The notes under the pieces are model-generated. The model had not been told where the DNA came from. It ran no database searches and worked only from the letters and a program-made list of their open reading frames with translations. Positions 1 through 13,695 of a stretch of 64,000 nucleotides of DNA are shown one piece after another. Source of the stretch: an uncultured Methanosarcinaceae archaeon. Its GTDB lineage: Archaea; Halobacteriota; Methanosarcinia; Methanosarcinales; Methanosarcinaceae. The translations under genes were made by a program, and so were the position numbers. The stretch spans positions 96,001-160,000 of the forward strand of contig CAVRJG010000053.1 in the NCBI GenBank assembly GCA_963721455.1, given 5' to 3'. Numbering within the stretch: position 1 is the first letter of the stretch; the number at the start of each line of letters is the position of its first letter.

Positions 1-1606
1 GCTCGTTCCTGATTATTTCGTGCTTGAGCTCTTCGCTTTCAATGATTTTGCTGAGTTGGGCGATCAGCTTTACGAGGCCTTCAAGTTCCTCAAGAATCTT
101 CTGCGTCTCAAGCCCTGTCAGGCGCTGCAGGCGCATTTCCAGGATAGCTCTGGACTGGATTTCGTCAAGAGCGAAATTGTCCATCAGGCCCCGCTTTGCT
201 TCATCAGCGTTTGCAGAACCTTTGATCAGGGCAACGACTTCGTCGATATTATCCAGGGCAATCCTCAGCCCTTCCAGAATATGGGCTCTTTCCCTGCTCT
301 TCCTGAGGTCATAGAGCGTCCGCTTCTGGACAATTTCCATCCTGTAGTCCAGGTAGATTTCAAGGAGACGCTTCAGGTTCAGTTCTTTTGGCTTTCCGTC
401 CACAAGGGCAAGGTTGATGACCCCGAAACTGGTCTCCATTTGCGTGTGCTTGTAGAGCTGGTTCAAGATAACCTTCGGATTTGTGCCCCGTGAAAGCTCG
501 ACAACAACCCTGATCCCATCCCTGTCTGACTCGTCCCGTAAATCGGAAATCCCGACTATTATCTTATCCCTGACAAGCTGGGCAATATTCTCGATCATCC
601 GGGCCTTATTCACCTGGTAAGGGAGCTCTGTTACGATAATCTGCTGCCTGTCTTTCTTTAATTCCTGGATCTCGGCAACCGCCCGAATCTTTATGGGGCC
701 TCTTCCGGTTGTGTACGCAGACTTTATACCCGTTGTGCCAAGGATATGGGCGCCTGTAGGGAAGTCCGGCCCCTTGATTACAGTCATAAGTTCCGGAATT
801 GTCGTTTCCGGATTCTCGATAAGCATGAGGGTACCGTCAATTACCTCGCTTATGTTGTGGGGTGCCATGTTTGTTGCCATCCCCACTGCAATGCCTGTAG
901 ACCCATTAACAAGAAGGTTAGGAAGTTTTGCGGGGAGAACTTCGGGCTCTTCCATGGATCCGTCATAGTTGGGTCTGAAAGGCACCGTCTCCTTATCGAT
1001 ATCTGCCAGCATCTCCTCTGCGATTTTATCCATACGGACTTCAGTATAACGCATGGCTGCAGCCCCGTCCCCATCAATGGACCCGAAGTTCCCCTGCCCG
1101 TCGATTAGAGGGTAGCGCAGCGAGAAATCCTGTACCATCCGCACGATACTGTCATAAACGGCAGTGTCTCCGTGGGGGTGGTATTTACCAAGCACGTCAC
1201 CCACCACACGGGCGGACTTCTTAGAAGGCTTATCATGAGTAATCCCGGCTTCTTTCATTGCAAAAAGGATTCTGCGGTGGACTGGTTTTAAGCCGTCCCT
1301 GGCATCGGGAAGTGCCCTTCCTACAATTACGCTCATTGCATAGTTGATGTAAGAACGTTTCATCTCATCTTCGATGAGGATAGCAGTAACTCCTGTCCTT
1401 TCGGGTTCTGGTTCTTCGTCCTCAGGCTCGCCTGAAGCAGTATCGGATACAGTTATTTCTAATTTATGTTCCGGCTCTTCGTGTTCAAAGGCGGCTGAAC
1501 CTTCTCCATTTTCCGGCTCTTCATCTTTCTCTTCCGGGATAAGGGTAGCCTGATGAGTTTTTTTCATTTCAGCTTCTGATTTCTTTTCTTCTTCGTATTT
1601 TGCCAT
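1..1606 (-). CDS. gyrA: DNA gyrase subunit A (5' part; runs off the window)
   Basis: Manual minus-strand translation from ATG 1606 gives [28 protein letters not shown] and the active-site AAAMRYTE. It follows gyrB directly. Confidence 0.97.
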   Translation of the reverse strand, partial: MAKYEEEKKSEAEMKKTHQATLIPEEKDEEPENGEGSAAFEHEEPEHKLEITVSDTASGEPEDEEPEPERTGVTAILIEDEMKRSYINYAMSVIVGRALPDARDGLKPVHRRILFAMKEAGITHDKPSKKSARVVGDVLGKYHPHGDTAVYDSIVRMVQDFSLRYPLIDGQGNFGSIDGDGAAAMRYTEVRMDKIAEEMLADIDKETVPFRPNYDGSMEEPEVLPAKLPNLLVNGSTGIAVGMATNMAPHNISEVIDGTLMLIENPETTIPELMTVIKGPDFPTGAHILGTTGIKSAYTTGRGPIKIRAVAEIQELKKDRQQIIVTELPYQVNKARMIENIAQLVRDKIIVGISDLRDESDRDGIRVVVELSRGTNPKVILNQLYKHTQMETSFGVINLALVDGKPKELNLKRLLEIYLDYRMEIVQKRTLYDLRKSRERAHILEGLRIALDNIDEVVALIKGSANADEAKRGLMDNFALDEIQSRAILEMRLQRLTGLETQKILEELEGLVKLIAQLSKIIESEELKHEIIRNE

Positions 1607-1617
1607 TTTTAGCCACC

Positions 1618-3528
<1,911 letters not shown>

Positions 3529-4476
3529 TTATTCTCCATAAAAATCTGATAAATTATCTAGATCGCATAACATTTTAGTTTTTTTTAAAAATTCGTGGAA
3601 AAACTTTTGTCAAAATAGGTCTCAGAAATTATGTTAATTTTTATGACCCTTCAATTATTATTGTATAAATTTTATAATTAATTATTACGTTTCTACCATG
3701 AACCAGATTCAATATGCGCTCATACATTTTAAGCCTTTAGATTCCCTGTAAATTCGGCCAGATTTTTCGGTGTCAATTCTCCTAAAAAATGTATTTTTAT
3801 ATAATCTTTTGCCCAAATATGCGCTTTTCATGCTAATTTTTTAATACGTCTTTGGTTTAAATAAATATTTCCTGTTTCGTGCAGGGAAATTTATCTTTCA
3901 TGAGGAGTCAGGGCAGTACTTGCGGCATTTCAGAAGTCTTCAGAAGTGTTATTTGGAGCAGAATTCCAGTTCCTTTTTCCTCAATATATCAGGCACTTAA
4001 AAGGACTACTCCGACACTTTAAAGGACTACTACCTGTGGCAAAAGCAGCCATTAGAATACATACATTAATGAATTTATTATGTAAGCAGCGAGTCTTCGA
4101 CCGATAAGTGGTTGATTCTTTGAGACTCGATTTTACCGGCGCCGCTCACATTGTACTTTAATTTCTCAAAACCCACAGACTTCAGCCAGCGCAAAGTGCG
4201 GGACAAAACGAACTGAAAGATATCTGAGGTCTCGATGTTAATAACAAAGAACTTACGCTGTTGAACTGAAAAATGAACAGTAAAGACTTCAACTATCTAA
4301 CCCATAATACTTATGAAAAACCTGCTTGTGCTTTATTTTGCTTCTTAAAGAAGTAAGTCATATTTTTATAAAAGGGCAAAAATAAGGGGTAGTGTAGTAA
4401 TTAAAAACTATTAATCTATTCTGCTCATTGAAGATAGGCATATTACCATCAAAGTAGAAGAGCCTGAAGAGGAAAA

Positions 4477-6625
4477 ATGAAGAAAATGGAGCAATTTCCG
4501 GCAAAGAACCCGAATCCTGTGATCAGTGTGGGAAACGATGGGATGATTCTTTATTCAAATGGGGCAGGTGAGCCCTTATTGCACGAATGGGGCGTGGAAG
4601 TCGGAGGAAAATTGCCTTCATATATCGGAGATTTAGTGCAAAAGGTAATTTCCCGGAATAGCCCGGAAAAAATGGAAATTAAAGTGGGAAAAAAAGTATA
4701 CCTGGTCGCGTTTCACCCCGTACCCGAGGAAGAGTGTGTAAACATTTACGGATTCGATATAAGCGACCAGAAAGAGCTTGAAGAACAGTTGAGGGAGAGC
4801 GAGGCCAGGTACCGCGACCTGTTCGAGACGGTGCAGGAGGTCTTCTTCATCGATCGGCTCATCTACGATGAACAGGGTAATGTCGTCGACTGGATTTTCG
4901 AAGACATCAACCCGGCTGGACTCGAGCTCATCGGTATGAAAGATATTGATGAGGCCAAAGGAAAAAGGGGATCAGAAGTGCTCGGCCGCGAGGTAGCTTC
5001 ATTCTATCTTCCTATGATCGAGAAGGCCCGGCTGTCGAACAAAGCAGTCACGTTCCAGTATCACAGCCCTCTCGTAGACAAGGAATTCCTCACCTCGTAT
5101 ATTGTCCGCGGAGACCGCCTTATCTCCTCCCAGATGGATGTCACAGAGCGCAAACGAATGGAAGATGTCCTGCGCGAGAGTGAATCGCGTCGTAAGGTTG
5201 CCGAAGCTGTCGAGGCTGAGCGGCGGCGGCTCTTTAGCGTGCTGGAGACGCTGCCGGCAATGATAATCTTATTAACACCTGACTACCAGGTCGTCTTTGC
5301 CAACCGCAGCTTCCGTAAAAGATTCGGTGATCCAGGTGGCCGGCGCTGCTATGAATATTATTTTGGATTTACCCAGCCGTGTGAATCCTGCGAATCACGC
5401 AAAGTGCTTGAAACAGGTCAACCTTACCATTGGGAAGTAAGCGGTCCGGACGGAAGCTTTTATGATGCCTACAATTTGCCGTTCACTGACGTTGACGGTT
5501 CTCCCATGATCCTTGAGATGGATATTGACGTCACCGAGCGAAAAAAGGCAGAAGAAAAACTTCAAGAAAGTGAGGGGAAATACCGCAACATTGTAGAGAC
5601 AGCAAACGAAGGCATACTCATAACTGACAATGAAAACATAATCACTTACGTTAACAAGAAAATTGCAGATATGCTCAGATACACTACTGAAGAGGTTATT
5701 GGTAGACCTATATGGGGCTTCATCAGTGAAGAATACAAACCTATTGTCAAAATGAATCTGGAAAAAAGGAGGCAGGGGATAAGTGAGAGCTATGAATTGA
5801 AATTAATACGTAAAGATAGCTCACCCCTTTGGACACTTCTAAATGCCAAACCTATTTTTGATAAGGATAGTAAGTATATGGGCGCTACGAGTATGTTAAC
5901 TGATCTCACTACGCGAAAAGAAGCTGAAGAAGCCCTCGCAAATATCGAAATTCTCACGTCGAAAAGAAATTCACCACAGGATCAAAAATAACCTGCAGGT
6001 TATTTCATCCCTTCTTGATCTTCAGGCTGAGAAATTCAATAACAGAGGAGATATTAAGAACTCAGAAGTTCTGGAAGCCTTCAGGGAAAGTCAGGACAGA
6101 GTAATATCCATGGCTCTTATCCATGAGGAACTGCACAAAAGTGAAGGACTCGATACACTTAATTTTTCTTCGTACATTCAGGAACTCGCTGAGAATCTTT
6201 TCCTGACATACAGGCTTAGAGATATCGATATCAGCTTAAATACGGATCTGGAAGAAAACATTTTCTTTGACATGGATACTGCGGTCCCACTGGGGATAAT
6301 CATCAACGAACTCGTTTCAAATTCTCTCAAACATGCATTTTCAGGCAGGGATAGAGGAGAAATTCGAATCAAACTTTGCCGTGAAAAAACTAAGGAATTT
6401 ATAAACAGCATGGAAGAAAGCACTGATGAGGACTTTCAGGATACCAGTTTAATTCTGACAGTTTCAGATGATGGGATAGGTATACCTGAAAGTCTCAATT
6501 TGGAAAATCCCGACAGTCTTGGCATACAGTTGGTAACGACCCTTGTAGACCAGTTAGAGGGGGAACTTGAACTGAAAAGGAACAATGGGACGGAATTCAC
6601 TATAAGGTTCACAGTAGCAGAATAA
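4477..6625 (+). pseudogene. Multi-PAS HisKA_2/HATPase sensor kinase, frameshifted near 5953
   Basis: PAS ORF 4477-5991. The H-box RRKEIHHRIKNNLQVISSLL starts near 5957 in another frame and continues into ORF 6110-6625 (NELVSNSLKHAF, DDGIG). Confidence 0.9.
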
Positions 6626-7008
6626 AGAAACAAGCACGAGCGCCATCTATCCGATAATTTATCCAATTGCGAATATTGATTATTAACACACCTGAAGAAG
6701 TTTGTTGCTTCCCTTATGGGCCTCATCTCGAGAACATTCGACTGAAATCAAACTATCTAAAACATACCAATTTTCACAGATTTTCATGCTTGACTTGATT
6801 CTCAAGTGCGTAAGTCCTATAGTATCACCTATTAACTTCGGCGAACCCCCACAATCAACTACCTCCTCTTGAACAGCCTATCTGCTGTATTTCTGCTGGC
6901 GTGTTTTTCATACTTCCTCTTCTATCCACTGCCAGCAGTCTTTTCAAAATCATTCACATGCTTAGCGATGTCAGTTCCCTGTACCTTGCTATGCCCACCA
7001 GATTTCTC

Positions 7009-8118
7009 TCAAATCATGCCCAGATCTTTGAGCCTGTTGGGCAGGTATACCTCGGTTACGAAGTCAAGGCCTTTTCCGGCAAACGCCTGCTGTTCTGCCT
7101 TTTTTCCTATACTGAGCTGGAGCTGGATCTGCTCTTTCCAGTATTCGGACTCAAAACGCGGGTCTGAAAGTTCACTCCGCAGTGCGTTTATGTCCTGTTC
7201 TGTGAGTTTGTCGGTCGAAAGTTCGTACTCGACTATATCCGAGGGCTGGAGACCAATGAATTTGGCTGCGGGTGTTGCCATGAATTCCGAGAGATGAGCA
7301 CTTTTTATAGCCCCGTAGGCAACAGAAGCATAAATCCTGTAGGACCAGGGGTCACCGTCAGTGAAGACAGCTACAGGGATGCCTAATTCCTCGTTCATGC
7401 GCTTGATAATCCTGCGGGTTGACCGGGCAGGCTGGCCCTTGAGGTGGACAAGGATCGCATTGTAGGTCTCATCAAACCCATTTTCCATCAACCGTGCATA
7501 CATACCACCTGTCTCTATGGCTATGATCATGCTTGCGTCGTGGCCCTTAAACTCGATATTCTCCACATTGAAAGGAATCTGGTATCCTCCTTCCCCCACG
7601 TCCTTCTGGCAGTGGATATTACGCACTCCGCGCTTTGTCTGTTCCGAGATCTCAATAGGCCCGAACATGGTAGCCCCGTCTTCTTCAGGGCGCATGTGGA
7701 AATACTCCCTCTGGAGACTGGTCAGGAGTTCCAGGTCTTCTATCAGGCGGTCGCTTTCAGCCTGCTCCTTGAACTTGGCAGCGTCCCAGCCTTCAGATAT
7801 GTAGTAAAGTTCTCGAAGTGTTGAGCCGCGGTTCTGGGCAAGGTGCTCGTTTATAAGGAAATGTGTAGCATAAGTGGTCTTCAGGAGCTGGAACGCACCT
7901 TTCACGGTCTTTGCGCTTCTTTCGCTTTCCCTGTCCCCATAGACCCAGACATCGCTCTCATCGGAATATTCTATGTTGGCTTTGGTCCGGCTTGGGAGGC
8001 TGACGCTTGGGACAATTTCATCTTCAAACTGGTTGTAGATCTTTTCTGCAAGCTCAAGCAGCCGTTCTCTCGCCAGGGCATCTCCCTGGATTGTTTTGCT
8101 ATTTACTTCTCTGGCCAT
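7009..8118 (-). CDS. top6A: DNA topoisomerase VI subunit A
   Basis: TLRELYY, Toprim IETGG and DGDPW motifs; translationally adjacent to top6B. Confidence 0.97.
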   Translation of the reverse strand: MAREVNSKTIQGDALARERLLELAEKIYNQFEDEIVPSVSLPSRTKANIEYSDESDVWVYGDRESERSAKTVKGAFQLLKTTYATHFLINEHLAQNRGSTLRELYYISEGWDAAKFKEQAESDRLIEDLELLTSLQREYFHMRPEEDGATMFGPIEISEQTKRGVRNIHCQKDVGEGGYQIPFNVENIEFKGHDASMIIAIETGGMYARLMENGFDETYNAILVHLKGQPARSTRRIIKRMNEELGIPVAVFTDGDPWSYRIYASVAYGAIKSAHLSEFMATPAAKFIGLQPSDIVEYELSTDKLTEQDINALRSELSDPRFESEYWKEQIQLQLSIGKKAEQQAFAGKGLDFVTEVYLPNRLKDLGMI

Positions 8119-8119
8119 C

Positions 8120-9985
8120 TTACATCCCCTTAAAGGCCTTTGCCCCTGTTACCAGCTCTTCTTCAAGCCCTTCCACAATAAGGTCCGGAAATTTTCCGAG
8201 TTCTCTATCTTCTGCGGACTCTATCCTGTAGCTGAGCACCTTTGAAGATCCGACGGTTGCCGAAATATCCCATATATAATCGTAATCATTGCCCATAGTC
8301 ACGACCTTTGGTTCGGGCTTTGCCCCGCTGATTGTCCAGGGCAGCATTTCATGGACCCTGAAGGAATGCGTTGAGGTCCCGAAGTTCTTGACCTTTATTA
8401 TAACATCCGCAGTCCCGTCCTCATTCTTTTTAACTTTCCTGTGCACAAGCAGGTTTCCCATAATCTTTGCAACAACAGGGTTGATATCAGGGACATCTTT
8501 TTCCAGGATGTTTGCAACCTTTACAGCCATTTTCGGGAGCACCTTTGTAATTATAATTTCCTTTTCCCGGCGCTTCTTGAGATTGCTCTGTTTGCTCAGG
8601 TAGTGTTTGAGCTTCCTTGCTACGTCTTTGATTGCAAGGTCAACCTCTTCCTTGATTACAGGAATGTCTGCAATAGCATCTTTTGATTCTGAAGTAAAAG
8701 GCACGTTAATCGAAGCGACATGAATAAGGAGGATAACAGGGCCTATGGGAATTCCACCGCCTGGCTGGTTTAAGCCGTACTGCTTCCATTTTATGTCTTC
8801 GACTGCATGTGTGGTCACGCAGCCTCCCTGCTGGTAAAGCAGAGGCACACGGTTAGCGAAACGCATGATGCTGATTTTATCCTCTTTCGAGAGGTTTCCC
8901 CCATAGGCAAGCCCGACTTCCACTACAAAGGGATTTCCGGAATATACGGACGGTTTCCGCGTGCTTGTGGCAATGAAGTCCACATTTGTCTCTTTTTCAA
9001 GCCCCCTGTAAATTAGCTCTTCCCCGATTGGAGAAAGGCAGTCTGTGGGAGGAGCCATGATTTTTACCTTCTCAAAAGCCTCAATTAGCTTTCTTGCCTC
9101 GTGGCGGCCCAGGGACTGAGGGTCAATTTCGGGATCAAGCCCTGCAGCCTTGCAGATTTCCTCGGCAGTTAAAAGGCCTATTTTACAAAAAGAGTAGCGG
9201 AGAAACGGGGCAAGCTTCTGGCGCTCGGTGTAATGGAGCATTTTCATGAGAGTGCCCAGCTCAATGCCTTCAGGGTGGGGCAGGATTTCTTCTGCAGGGT
9301 CAGGCATCTTGTCCGTTGCCCTTTCAAAGACTTCTTCGTTGCCGTCAGGTTCGATAAGGGTAATCCTTGTATGGGGGTTTACGATTGCCGTAGCTTTAAG
9401 GTATTCATAAATGGACTGCCTTCTTCCTTTTACGTAGGCAGCCTTCATTTCAAGTTCTATCTGGGTTCCGTGGGGGCGGAACCAGTCCTTTACCTCATCT
9501 TTCTGGATATCGGGCTCATTCGTGCTTGTATTGATCATTAGCTCGTAGTAATGGGCCGGGGCACTGGAACTGGTCTTGGAGAGGATTTTAGTATGCCTGC
9601 CTGCAGTCATCTGGGCATAGAGCACGGCTGCGGAAATCCCTATTCCCTGCTGTCCCCTGCTCTGCTTAAGGGCATGGAATCTGGAACCATAAAGCAGCTT
9701 TGCAAAGACTTTGGGGATTTGCTCTTTTATAATTCCGGGTCCGTTGTCTTCTATTATCACAGTTACGTAGTCCTGTCCGGTCCTTTCGACCTGGACAAGG
9801 ATGTCAGGCAGGATTCCTGCCTCTTCGCAGGCGTCCAGGGAATTATCAACAGCTTCTTTTACGGTTGTTATGAGGCTTCGGGGAGCAGAGTCAAAACCCA
9901 GGATCTGCCTGTTTTTTTCAAAAAATTCTGCGACACTTATTGACTTTTGATTTTTGGCAAGTTCTTCTGCAATGGGGAAATCCAT
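8120..9985 (-). CDS. top6B: DNA topoisomerase VI subunit B
   Basis: [32 protein letters not shown] and RFANRVPL motifs. Confidence 0.98.
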   Translation of the reverse strand: MDFPIAEELAKNQKSISVAEFFEKNRQILGFDSAPRSLITTVKEAVDNSLDACEEAGILPDILVQVERTGQDYVTVIIEDNGPGIIKEQIPKVFAKLLYGSRFHALKQSRGQQGIGISAAVLYAQMTAGRHTKILSKTSSSAPAHYYELMINTSTNEPDIQKDEVKDWFRPHGTQIELEMKAAYVKGRRQSIYEYLKATAIVNPHTRITLIEPDGNEEVFERATDKMPDPAEEILPHPEGIELGTLMKMLHYTERQKLAPFLRYSFCKIGLLTAEEICKAAGLDPEIDPQSLGRHEARKLIEAFEKVKIMAPPTDCLSPIGEELIYRGLEKETNVDFIATSTRKPSVYSGNPFVVEVGLAYGGNLSKEDKISIMRFANRVPLLYQQGGCVTTHAVEDIKWKQYGLNQPGGGIPIGPVILLIHVASINVPFTSESKDAIADIPVIKEEVDLAIKDVARKLKHYLSKQSNLKKRREKEIIITKVLPKMAVKVANILEKDVPDINPVVAKIMGNLLVHRKVKKNEDGTADVIIKVKNFGTSTHSFRVHEMLPWTISGAKPEPKVVTMGNDYDYIWDISATVGSSKVLSYRIESAEDRELGKFPDLIVEGLEEELVTGAKAFKGM

Positions 9986-10011
9986 GGAATTTTACCTCAG
10001 GCTGAAAAATC

Positions 10012-10141
10012 AATCTAATGTTTCTTTTAATCCAATGTTTCTTTCAATCTAATGTTTCTTTTAATCCAATGTTTCTTTTAATCCAATGTTTCTTTCAATC
10101 TAATGTTTCTTTTAATCCAATGTTTCTTTTAATCCAATGTG
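10012..10141. repeat. Tandem repeat, about 17-bp unit AATCYAATGTTTCTTTY, 7-8 copies
   Basis: Directly visible just upstream of the top6B start. Confidence 0.9.
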
Positions 10142-10190
10142 TCCTTATTATTTTACAAACATTTAAATTAAAAAATTTCTGTTTCTCTAA

Positions 10191-10368
10191 GAGGCTGTCT
10201 TAAAATTCAAACCATTCATACAATTGGATAATGGAGAATATAAACTTTAAATTCATACAGTAAATTTTTTCCAAAATTCAGGTACACATTGACCTTAAGA
10301 ATGGTATTTTATTCCATGGGATTTATGCACTTGATATATAAAATTAAATGTAATAACCATCATTGTTT
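10191..10368 (+). mobile_element. MITE, family GAGGCTGTCTTAAAATT (truncated copy)
   Basis: Similar over about 180 bp to the copy starting at 11212; preceded by TAA. Confidence 0.8.
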
Positions 10369-10370
10369 AA

Positions 10371-10500
10371 GAACCCATCCCAAAACTAAAAATTGCTTCT
10401 CTGTATCTCGTATTATTAATAATCAATCGGGTTTCTGAGAATGGAAAATAGTTCTGAAACCTTACTGATTTGAGAATAAAATTGGTTTTGGGATGAGCTC
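10371..10500. mobile_element. MITE, family GAGCTSATCCCAAAA
   Basis: Terminal IRs gaacccatcccaaaa and ttttgggatgagctc; related copies at 30994-31087 and 35608-35701. Confidence 0.8.
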
Positions 10501-10806
10501 AATAAGAAACAATAATTCTGGAAATATTATATAACATGTGATTATATATATGTAAATATGTACTATAATGTACTCATGACTATTGAAATTAAACACTCCC
10601 TCTCAAACGAGAATGAGAAAATGAATCATTTCTAAAAACAACTACCATGAGTATAGTACAGGATTGGGGGGTTGATGACGAATTTGATTAGAGAATTGCA
10701 TTCTGATCTTAAAAGTTCATCTTCTCCTATATGCAAAAAGACTGTGAAGAAAATGCAGTAAACAAGAATATAAAAAAATACAGTATAAACCATGGGGGTA
10801 AACAAA

Positions 10807-11019
10807 ATGTTCGGATTCGGTTTTGATAGATTCGACGGTAACCGTTGTGGATGTGGCGGCTTTAGTGGTTGTGGCGGCTTTGATGGCGGCTTTGGTGGCT
10901 GCGGCGGCTTTGGCGGCTGTGGCGGCTTTGACGGCGGTTGTGGCGGCTGGGGTGGTCGCTTTGGTGGGTTCCGCGGTGGCTTCCGAGGCGGCTTCAACGG
11001 CCGTCGTGGCCGCTGGTAA
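10807..11019 (+). CDS. Gly/Cys/Phe/Arg-rich 70-aa small protein (MFGFGFDRFDGNRCGCGGF...GRRGRW)
   Basis: GGGGGT RBS before ATG 10807. A paralog at 33114 conserves the start, frame and stop. Confidence 0.8.
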   Translation: MFGFGFDRFDGNRCGCGGFSGCGGFDGGFGGCGGFGGCGGFDGGCGGWGGRFGGFRGGFRGGFNGRRGRW

Positions 11020-11054
11020 TAACGGTCGAGTTTGAAAGAATTATTGAGCATGAA

Positions 11055-11150
11055 AGGAAAAAAGGACGATAGCCATCTTTTCAAGGCATGACGGAAAATT
11101 CCTGAAAAACCGTCTGTTCTTGAACTGATGACTATTTATCTTTACTTTTT
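11055..11150 (+). terminator. Long 3' stem-loop with T-rich tract after the Gly-rich gene
   Basis: Nested pairings atagccatc/gatgactat, ttcaag/cttgaa and gacgg/ccgtc; near-identical copy at about 33325-33421. Confidence 0.65.
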
Positions 11151-11211
11151 GAATATATTTTTCGAAAATGTTAGCGAATTATTATTGCAGACTCTCCAAT
11201 GGAATTTCTAA

Positions 11212-11491
11212 GAGGCTGTCTTAAAATTCAAATCATTCCTACAATTGGATAATAGACAACGTTAACTTTAAATTCAAACCGTAAATTTTTCAGAAATTCA
11301 GGTATACATTAACCTTAAGAATATTACTTTCCCATAGGATTTACATACTCGAGGTATAAAATCAGATGCAGTAAACATCATTGTTTAAAATTACATTTTA
11401 GACACTTAATGGTTTAACGTTACTGTTTTTCAGTTCAAGTGTGTAAGTTCTATCCCAATTATAGAACCAAATTTAATTTTAAGACACGCTC
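11212..11491 (+). mobile_element. MITE (IS5-like ends)
   Basis: IRs gaggctgtcttaaaatt and aattttaagacacgctc, with TAA on both flanks. Confidence 0.8.
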
Positions 11492-11633
11492 TAAGGTTAT
11501 ACATTTTAATAATGCGGTGTCTTTTTAAAAGCACTTTTTGGCAGTGTACCGAAAGTTCTGTAAAATCATATTTGTCAAGAAGTTATTGATAGAAAATTCA
11601 ACACACTAATAGATCCCAAAGAATAGCTACATT

Positions 11634-12641
11634 TTAAGATATATTGTTGGTATCTTTTCTTCTGTATTTTTCTTTTAATAACGTATCTACATTAAGAAGT
11701 TCTTTATTTATTTCTTCCAATAATAACCCCATAACGTACAAAAAAGCATTATTTTCTACATTTGGTCTTGAAGTTAAAAGAGCTTTGTTCATATATTGTA
11801 GCGATACTACCATGTTTGAGCCAGGGTCTGCGAGTCCTGCATCACTTTGTCCTACGAGCAAGATTTTTCCTTGATCTGAATCCATGAGTCCTAGATTATG
11901 ATAATTTCCTTTTGGACCTGCATGAACAGGATGGTTAGCCATGTTATAAAATGGTCTTAGATAATCAAGTCCTACATCTCTTTCAATGCCTTCGAAGTTA
12001 CAATATTTAGCTTCTAGCACTTTTGCTGCCCAACCATGAGACTTTTCATAACGATCACCATATTTAGAACGCAATTCTTTTCTTTTCTTCGCTACTCTTA
12101 TCATATCTTCAATCGTATCATAAGGAACGTAGCCTAAAATATCAGAATGTTTTTTATATAGATCATTGTTTTTTAAATAATCTTCAAAAAGATTATAAGA
12201 TTCAATGTAACGATAGTCTAAATAACGTTCTGCAATTTCGTTACCATGTTTACTTATAAACAAACCAGTAACAGCGGTTTCGTGAAGGCTGCGCCACCGA
12301 GCAAATGCACCAGAGGCATATCCATTTTTCATGAGTGTAAGGATCTCTTGTCCAATGAGACAGGCTTTTGCATGAAGTCTTACCAGAACTTTAAAAACAT
12401 AGTCTTTTTGTTCTGATGCATTTTGATTTTCTTCATTAAATTTGTCTCCCGCCTCTATGGAGAGTATCAAAAAAAGCTCAAGTAAATCTAAGGGGCATTT
12501 CCAAAGTTCATTTAATTTTTTGTTAAATGCTTCTGTCTCCTCGTGGTCTTTTTGTAAAATCTCTGGTGCGTTCTTTAATCTTTCAAATAATTGTGCTATT
12601 TCCTTTTTGAGTTCTCCAGAGTTTTCAATATTTTCTTCCAT
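11634..12641 (-). CDS. DUF5677-like protein
   Basis: Motifs LxxKACLIGQEILTLMKNGYASGAFARWRSLHE and YNMANHPVHAG, recognised from memory of the family. Confidence 0.7.
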   Translation of the reverse strand: MEENIENSGELKKEIAQLFERLKNAPEILQKDHEETEAFNKKLNELWKCPLDLLELFLILSIEAGDKFNEENQNASEQKDYVFKVLVRLHAKACLIGQEILTLMKNGYASGAFARWRSLHETAVTGLFISKHGNEIAERYLDYRYIESYNLFEDYLKNNDLYKKHSDILGYVPYDTIEDMIRVAKKRKELRSKYGDRYEKSHGWAAKVLEAKYCNFEGIERDVGLDYLRPFYNMANHPVHAGPKGNYHNLGLMDSDQGKILLVGQSDAGLADPGSNMVVSLQYMNKALLTSRPNVENNAFLYVMGLLLEEINKELLNVDTLLKEKYRRKDTNNIS

Positions 12642-13184
12642 AGTATCGCTTTTACTGACTCATAGGTTTAAGTTATTGTGTTGATGTTTTCATGATTTAA
12701 GATTTTAAGAATTTCAGTTTAAGGCACGACTTTTTATATCTTTTTATACGAACCTTTTGTCATAGAACGTTCGGTTCTCGATAGTTTCCAGCAAGTAGTA
12801 AACGTCTTTTAGTGTATTTTGACCAGTGAATTAACTACTATCCAAACGTAGGGTCGTCCATTGATATAGGGTTGGTGTTTTAGGGGGAAATATTGAAACT
12901 TCTCTTCAATTCGTTTTAGGTTATTTCGACACGATCGTTCTAAAAATTCCAAAGTCGCGAAAAGAATGAGGGTAGAAATTATTTTTGTTATTGTGGAATA
13001 ACAACAACTGAATACAAATGGACGACCTAAGTATGTAGTGGGTTTTGAAACCGGTTAACATTTGACCCAAATCCCACTACATATATAAACAATGAACTAT
13101 TTTTGCAATAATGTTCAGTATAAAGGATAATGTGTTTTCCAGCAAAAACGCTATCAATAAAAATATTACGAAAAAAAACAAGTG

Positions 13185-13200
13185 ACCTGCCGAAAGCAGG
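13185..13200 (-). mobile_element. Isolated IS1634-type terminal IR
   Basis: acctgccgaaagcagg is the reverse complement of the left end at 33660. Confidence 0.6.
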
Positions 13201-13403
13201 CTATATGATCAAAAAACTCAAGTCTCCCATGGTGATTTATACCTTACACTCATCGAAAATGCATGTTATTGATGCTAAAATGAGCAAGTGATGATATGAA
13301 TGAACTGCAATTATTATCAAGAGGAAGGTGACGATATAAATTTTTACACAATAAATCATCCAAATCTTTCTCAAAATGGATTATCATGGAATGAATAATA
13401 TAA

Positions 13404-13599
13404 CCCTAATTTGACAGAAGCATACATTTTATAATGTATAAATGGGCTTCATGCTTCTGTTTTCTTCATAAAATTCAAAGTTATTTCATACGTTTTTTGA
13501 TTTTTGACGTTTTTCATTTTTCCTAAAGGTACTGCGCCGATACAACGCGTTTTTTGTGTGAAAATACTATACTAATTAGTAGAATCTGTCAAATTAGGG
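13404..13599. mobile_element. MITE
   Basis: Perfect 15-bp IRs ccctaatttgacaga and tctgtcaaattaggg; 6-bp TSD ATATAA. Confidence 0.88.
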
Positions 13600-13695
13600 A
13601 TATAAGATGTAAAAAATATAAGGCAAATATTTAAAAAATCGCATTCGTTCTGAATGTACTTAACTTATATTGAAAGAAAATTTAGTACTTAGACA

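Noticed and set aside
20-1108. Plus-strand ORFs in the track
   Set aside because: Antisense to gyrA
10018-10203. 61-aa repeat ORF
   Set aside because: Artefact of the 17-bp tandem repeat
10632-11084. Pro-rich antisense and Ala/Val-rich alternative-frame ORFs (also 32985-33355 and 33100-33306)
   Set aside because: Shadows of the GGC-rich repeat. The Gly frame has the correctly spaced RBS and a start and stop shared by both paralogs. The upstream ATG is out of frame between the copies.
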